Assembly: GCA_034717755.1 (NCBI GenBank)
Contig: JAYELV010000212.1
Location: 1 to 36,654, forward strand
Length of the DNA: 36,654 nt
Reading direction: 5' to 3'
From: Pseudomonadota bacterium
GTDB taxonomy: Bacteria; Pseudomonadota; Gammaproteobacteria; Chromatiales; Chromatiaceae
The notes under the pieces were generated by a model. That model was not told where the DNA came from, made no database searches, and saw only the letters and a list, made by a program, of their open reading frames with translations. The translations under genes and the position numbers were made by a program. Position 1 is the stretch's first letter. Each line of letters opens with the position of its first letter. Shown here piece by piece: positions 33,316 to 36,654 of this stretch.

Positions 33316-34365
33316 TCAACAAATCCTTGGCAGTTGCTCGCCGGCCAGCCAGTCGACTACGCGGCTGCCGCCAAAGCAGGTCTCCATCTGCACGAAGCCA
33401 TGCGCATCCTCGACCACTTCACCAATGATCGCCGCCTGTTTGCCTAATGGATGCGCCCGCATCACTTCGAGGGTGCGTTTCGCATCCTGCTGCGCACAGA
33501 TGCAGATCAGCTTGCCCTCGTTGGCGACGTACAGCGGATCCAGTCCCAGCAGTTCGCAGGCCGCAGTAACGGCGGGATGAATTGGGATAGCGGCCTCATT
33601 TAAATTCATACCGACACCTGATTGCTGCGCCAGTTCATTGAGAGTCGTAGCAAGACCGCCACGGGTTGGGTCGCGCAGACAGTGAATTCCAGGCACAGCA
33701 GCAACCATGTCAGCCACCAGTGTATGCAGTGCAGCGGAATCCGATTCAATAGTGGTCTCGAATTGCAGATTTTCACGGCTCGACATGATGGCGACGCCAT
33801 GATCACCCATGCTTCCATTGACAAGAATGGCATCACCCGGTTGCGCCAGCTCACCGGAGATGGTGACACCGGTCGGCACCATGCCGACTCCGGTGGTGGT
33901 AATAAAAACACCATCACCCTTGCCCTTCTCCACGACCTTGGTATCTCCGGTCACTACCGGTACGCCGGCATCTTTTGCAGCCTTGCCCATGCTGATGACG
34001 ATGCGCTCCAGGTCTGCCAGCGGAAACCCCTCCTCGAGGATGAAGCCAGCGCAGAGATACAGCGGCCGTGCGCCTGACATCGCCACATCATTGATGGTGC
34101 CATGCACAGACAATGAGCCGATATCACCACCGGGAAAAAACAGCGGGGCGATGACGTGGCCATCGGTGCTCATGACCATGCGCCCTGCCGGAACAGCAAA
34201 GGCCGCCTGGTCATTGGCCTGGCGCAGCAGTGCATTGTCAAGGTGTTTGAAGAACAGCTCTTCGATCAGCTGCGCCATGGCGCGGCCGCCGCTGCCATGG
34301 CTCATGTCGATCCTGCCGTCGCTTATCTTCAAACGCATCGGAAAACGTTTCACAGCTGTGCTCAT
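33316..34365 (-). CDS. hypE: Hydrogenase maturation protein HypE
   Basis: PurM-like fold with HGSGG near the N-terminus and the conserved C-terminal PRIC. There is an ATGA overlap with the hypD stop. Confidence 0.92.
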   Translation of the reverse strand: MSTAVKRFPMRLKISDGRIDMSHGSGGRAMAQLIEELFFKHLDNALLRQANDQAAFAVPAGRMVMSTDGHVIAPLFFPGGDIGSLSVHGTINDVAMSGARPLYLCAGFILEEGFPLADLERIVISMGKAAKDAGVPVVTGDTKVVEKGKGDGVFITTTGVGMVPTGVTISGELAQPGDAILVNGSMGDHGVAIMSSRENLQFETTIESDSAALHTLVADMVAAVPGIHCLRDPTRGGLATTLNELAQQSGVGMNLNEAAIPIHPAVTAACELLGLDPLYVANEGKLICICAQQDAKRTLEVMRAHPLGKQAAIIGEVVEDAHGFVQMETCFGGSRVVDWLAGEQLPRIC

Positions 34366-35549
34366 ACCACAGTACCCAGCTCTGTTTTGACGACTTGCGG
34401 CTCTATTTCGGGCTCTGGTTTTACTTCAGGCTGGCGAAAGCGACCGTAACTCCAGTAGGCGGCGCAGGCGCCCTCTGACGATACCATGCAGGATCCCATC
34501 GGATTTTCCGGGGTGCAGACTGTACCAAAGAGCTTGCAGTCGGTAGGTTTCCTGACGCCGCGTAAAATGCGCGGGCATTCACACCCCTTGACATCCGAAG
34601 CCTGGATGGCGGGTACGACAAAGCGCTTTTCTGCATCAAATTCAGCATAGGAATTTTTGATCTGCAAGCCGCTGTAGGGCACCAGTCCCAGGCCGCGCCA
34701 TTCAAAGCTGCGCCGCAGCTCCATCACATCAGCCACCAGCGCCTGCGCCTTGAGGTTGCCCTGGCGTGAAACCACGCGAGTGTATTCATTTTCGACCAGG
34801 TGACGCCCCTCGTTGAGCTGGCGTATCAGCATCAGTGTAGATTGCATGATATCCAGGGGCTCGAAACCGGCGATCACCACCGGCTTTTGAAACTCCTCGG
34901 CAAAGAATTCGTAGGGCTGGCTGCCGATGATCGAACTGACATGGGAGGGGCCGAAAAAACCATCGATAGAGACCGAACCCATCTCGCGCAGCTCCGATGA
35001 TTCCATAATATTCTGGATCGCGGCCGGCGTCAGCACATGGTTGCAAAAGACACTGAAGTTGTTCAAACCTTCCGTCTGCGCCTGTTTGATAGCGACAGCT
35101 GTGGGGGGGGTGGTGGTCTCAAAACCGATCGCAAAAAACACTACTTCGCGCTGCGGGTTGTCCCTGGCTATCTGCAGAGCATCCAGGGTCGAATAGACCA
35201 TGCGCACATCGGCGCCCTCGGCCTTGACCTTGAGCAGGCTTCTGCGTTTACTGGCCGGCACACGCAGCATGTCGCCATAGGTGCAGAGGATGACATTTTT
35301 TTCCAGCGCCAACTGGATGGCATTGTCGATACGGCCGATGGGCAATACACATACGGGGCATCCCGGGCCGTGGACGAATTCCACATTTTCCGGCATCAGA
35401 TCCTGCACGCCGTAACGAAAAATGGCATGCGTGTGGCCACCGCAAAACTCCATCAGCTTGTACTGCCGGTGTGGATCCACCTCTGCCTGAATGGCTGCGG
35501 ACAATGTTTGCGCCAGATCGCGGCGGCGAAACTCCTCGACATACTTCAT
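34362..35549 (-). CDS. hypD: Hydrogenase maturation protein HypD
   Basis: Motifs FCGGHTHAI, GPGCPVCV and a C-terminal Cys cluster. There is an ATGA overlap with the hypC stop. Confidence 0.93.
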   Translation of the reverse strand: MKYVEEFRRRDLAQTLSAAIQAEVDPHRQYKLMEFCGGHTHAIFRYGVQDLMPENVEFVHGPGCPVCVLPIGRIDNAIQLALEKNVILCTYGDMLRVPASKRRSLLKVKAEGADVRMVYSTLDALQIARDNPQREVVFFAIGFETTTPPTAVAIKQAQTEGLNNFSVFCNHVLTPAAIQNIMESSELREMGSVSIDGFFGPSHVSSIIGSQPYEFFAEEFQKPVVIAGFEPLDIMQSTLMLIRQLNEGRHLVENEYTRVVSRQGNLKAQALVADVMELRRSFEWRGLGLVPYSGLQIKNSYAEFDAEKRFVVPAIQASDVKGCECPRILRGVRKPTDCKLFGTVCTPENPMGSCMVSSEGACAAYWSYGRFRQPEVKPEPEIEPQVVKTELGTVV

Positions 35550-35782
35550 GACTGAGCCGCCTGCATCAGGCCGGCTTCGGCGAACACCTCCAGGGTGCGT
35601 TGCGCCTCTTCCGGACTGACCTTGTTCAGGGCATAACCGACATGGATCAGAAGATAGTCATCGATCTGTACATCATCCACCAGCGCAATAGAGACATCTT
35701 TCCTCACCTCACCCAATGCGACAGTGGCCATATCGGCCTGCGCATCGATGGAGACGACTTTTGCAGGTAGTGCAAGACACAT
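35546..35782 (-). CDS. hypC: Hydrogenase maturation chaperone HypC
   Basis: 78 aa with the invariant N-terminal MCLALP. Confidence 0.9.
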   Translation of the reverse strand: MCLALPAKVVSIDAQADMATVALGEVRKDVSIALVDDVQIDDYLLIHVGYALNKVSPEEAQRTLEVFAEAGLMQAAQS

Positions 35783-35823
35783 GGTTTATACCTTTTAGGA
35801 ATAGAGTTTTACCACGCTGCGGA

Positions 35824-36654
35824 TCATCTCCCAATTGATGCCAGTAGCAGTGTGGTCCTGACCCACTGATACCACTCCTGCATGCCCTCACCCGTCGTTG
35901 CCGACAGCTGTATCACCTTGATGCCGGGATTCACACGGCGGGCATAGTCGATGCATTGATCGACATCGAACTGCAGGTATGGCAGCAGGTCGGTCTTGTT
36001 CAGCAGCATCAGATCAGCCGCGTGGAACATGTCCGGATATTTGATCGGCTTGTCTTCACCCTCGGTTACCGAGAGTATGACCACCTTGTGCGCCTCTCCC
36101 AGATCGAAGGCAGCCGGGCACACCAGGTTGCCGACATTTTCGATGAACAACACGCTGTCGTCATCCGGATCCAGGGTTTGAAGCGCATGGCCAATCATGT
36201 GAGCGTCGAGGTGGCAGCCTTTACCGGTATTGATTTGCAGCGCTTTTACACCGGTCTCACGGATGCGGTCTGCATCATTGGCAGTTTGCTGGTCGCCCTC
36301 GATGACCGACAGTTTCAATGCTGCTTTCAAATCGTCGATGGTGCGGGTCAGTAATGTGGTCTTGCCCGAGCCAGGACTCGAAACCAGATTCAGAGCCAAT
36401 ATGCCATGTTCACTAAACCAGCGGCGGTTTGCGCTGGCGTATGCGTTGTTCTTAGCGAGGATATCTTCCTCGATCTGAACCATGCGTGACTGGCTCAGGC
36501 CGGGAGCATGGGCATGCGCAGCGCCCTGACCGTAGTCATGCGTGTGCGCTCCGTGATGGTGTTCATGGTCCTGGTCATGCTCATGATGATGCCCGTGCTG
36601 GTGATCATGTTGATGATCATGACCTTCGATTCTGGTCTCACCCTCGCCACATCC
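35824..36654 (-). CDS. hypB: Hydrogenase nickel-incorporation GTPase HypB (5' end outside the window)
   Basis: The frame stays open to the window edge: [40 protein letters not shown]...[17 protein letters not shown]. It has the CGCGEG metal site, a His-rich tract, the P-loop SSPGSGKTT, and [10 protein letters not shown]. The ATG at 36483 in the track is internal. Confidence 0.9.
   Translation of the reverse strand, partial: GCGEGETRIEGHDHQHDHQHGHHHEHDQDHEHHHGAHTHDYGQGAAHAHAPGLSQSRMVQIEEDILAKNNAYASANRRWFSEHGILALNLVSSPGSGKTTLLTRTIDDLKAALKLSVIEGDQQTANDADRIRETGVKALQINTGKGCHLDAHMIGHALQTLDPDDDSVLFIENVGNLVCPAAFDLGEAHKVVILSVTEGEDKPIKYPDMFHAADLMLLNKTDLLPYLQFDVDQCIDYARRVNPGIKVIQLSATTGEGMQEWYQWVRTTLLLASIGR

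Noticed and set aside
32123-33580. 485-aa plus-strand ORF
   Set aside because: It is entirely antisense to hypF and hypE, Arg/Ala/Gly-rich as is typical of GC-rich antisense frames, and has no recognisable motifs.

Overview
This 36.6-kb window looks like chromosome from a gammaproteobacterium that carries sulfur and hydrogen metabolism genes. The lineage cannot be assigned from sequence alone. Most of it is conserved housekeeping synteny: S49 peptidase-HAD-rluC-rne; ihfB-rpsA-cmk-aroA; maf-cysZ; dapC-dapD-yffB-dapE; HIT-recR-ybaB-dnaX-ffs (SRP RNA); tRNA-Ser(GGA); rhodanese-TauE-SQR-like flavoprotein; relA; parC; and hypF-E-D-C-B, with hypB running off the right edge. The only accessory-looking stretch is about 2.5 kb immediately 3' of tRNA-Ser (20.6-23.1 kb). 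It holds a 22-nt direct repeat of the tRNA 3' end, a truncated orphan antitoxin, an intact higBA pair, a DUF1214 gene fragment and an unusual DUF805-zinc ribbon-J domain membrane protein. No integrase or transposase gene is present. I found no CRISPR array, no rRNA and no convincing multi-gene novel defence or biosynthetic system. The most unusual content is non-coding, because almost every intergenic gap carries repeats. These are (i) a MITE family with GTAAC(W)TCTCAATAA termini and 8-bp target-site duplications; (ii) a 156-bp palindromic element inserted into a REP between dnaX and ybaB; (iii) GTAG-type REP/BIME hairpins and other hairpin modules; and (iv) short tandem arrays of the heptamer CCTAAAA/TTTTAGG that abut or overlap stop codons and make up the whole relA leader. 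Many long ORFs in the supplied track are antisense shadows or spurious 5' extensions, so I trimmed starts by eye to conserved N-termini.
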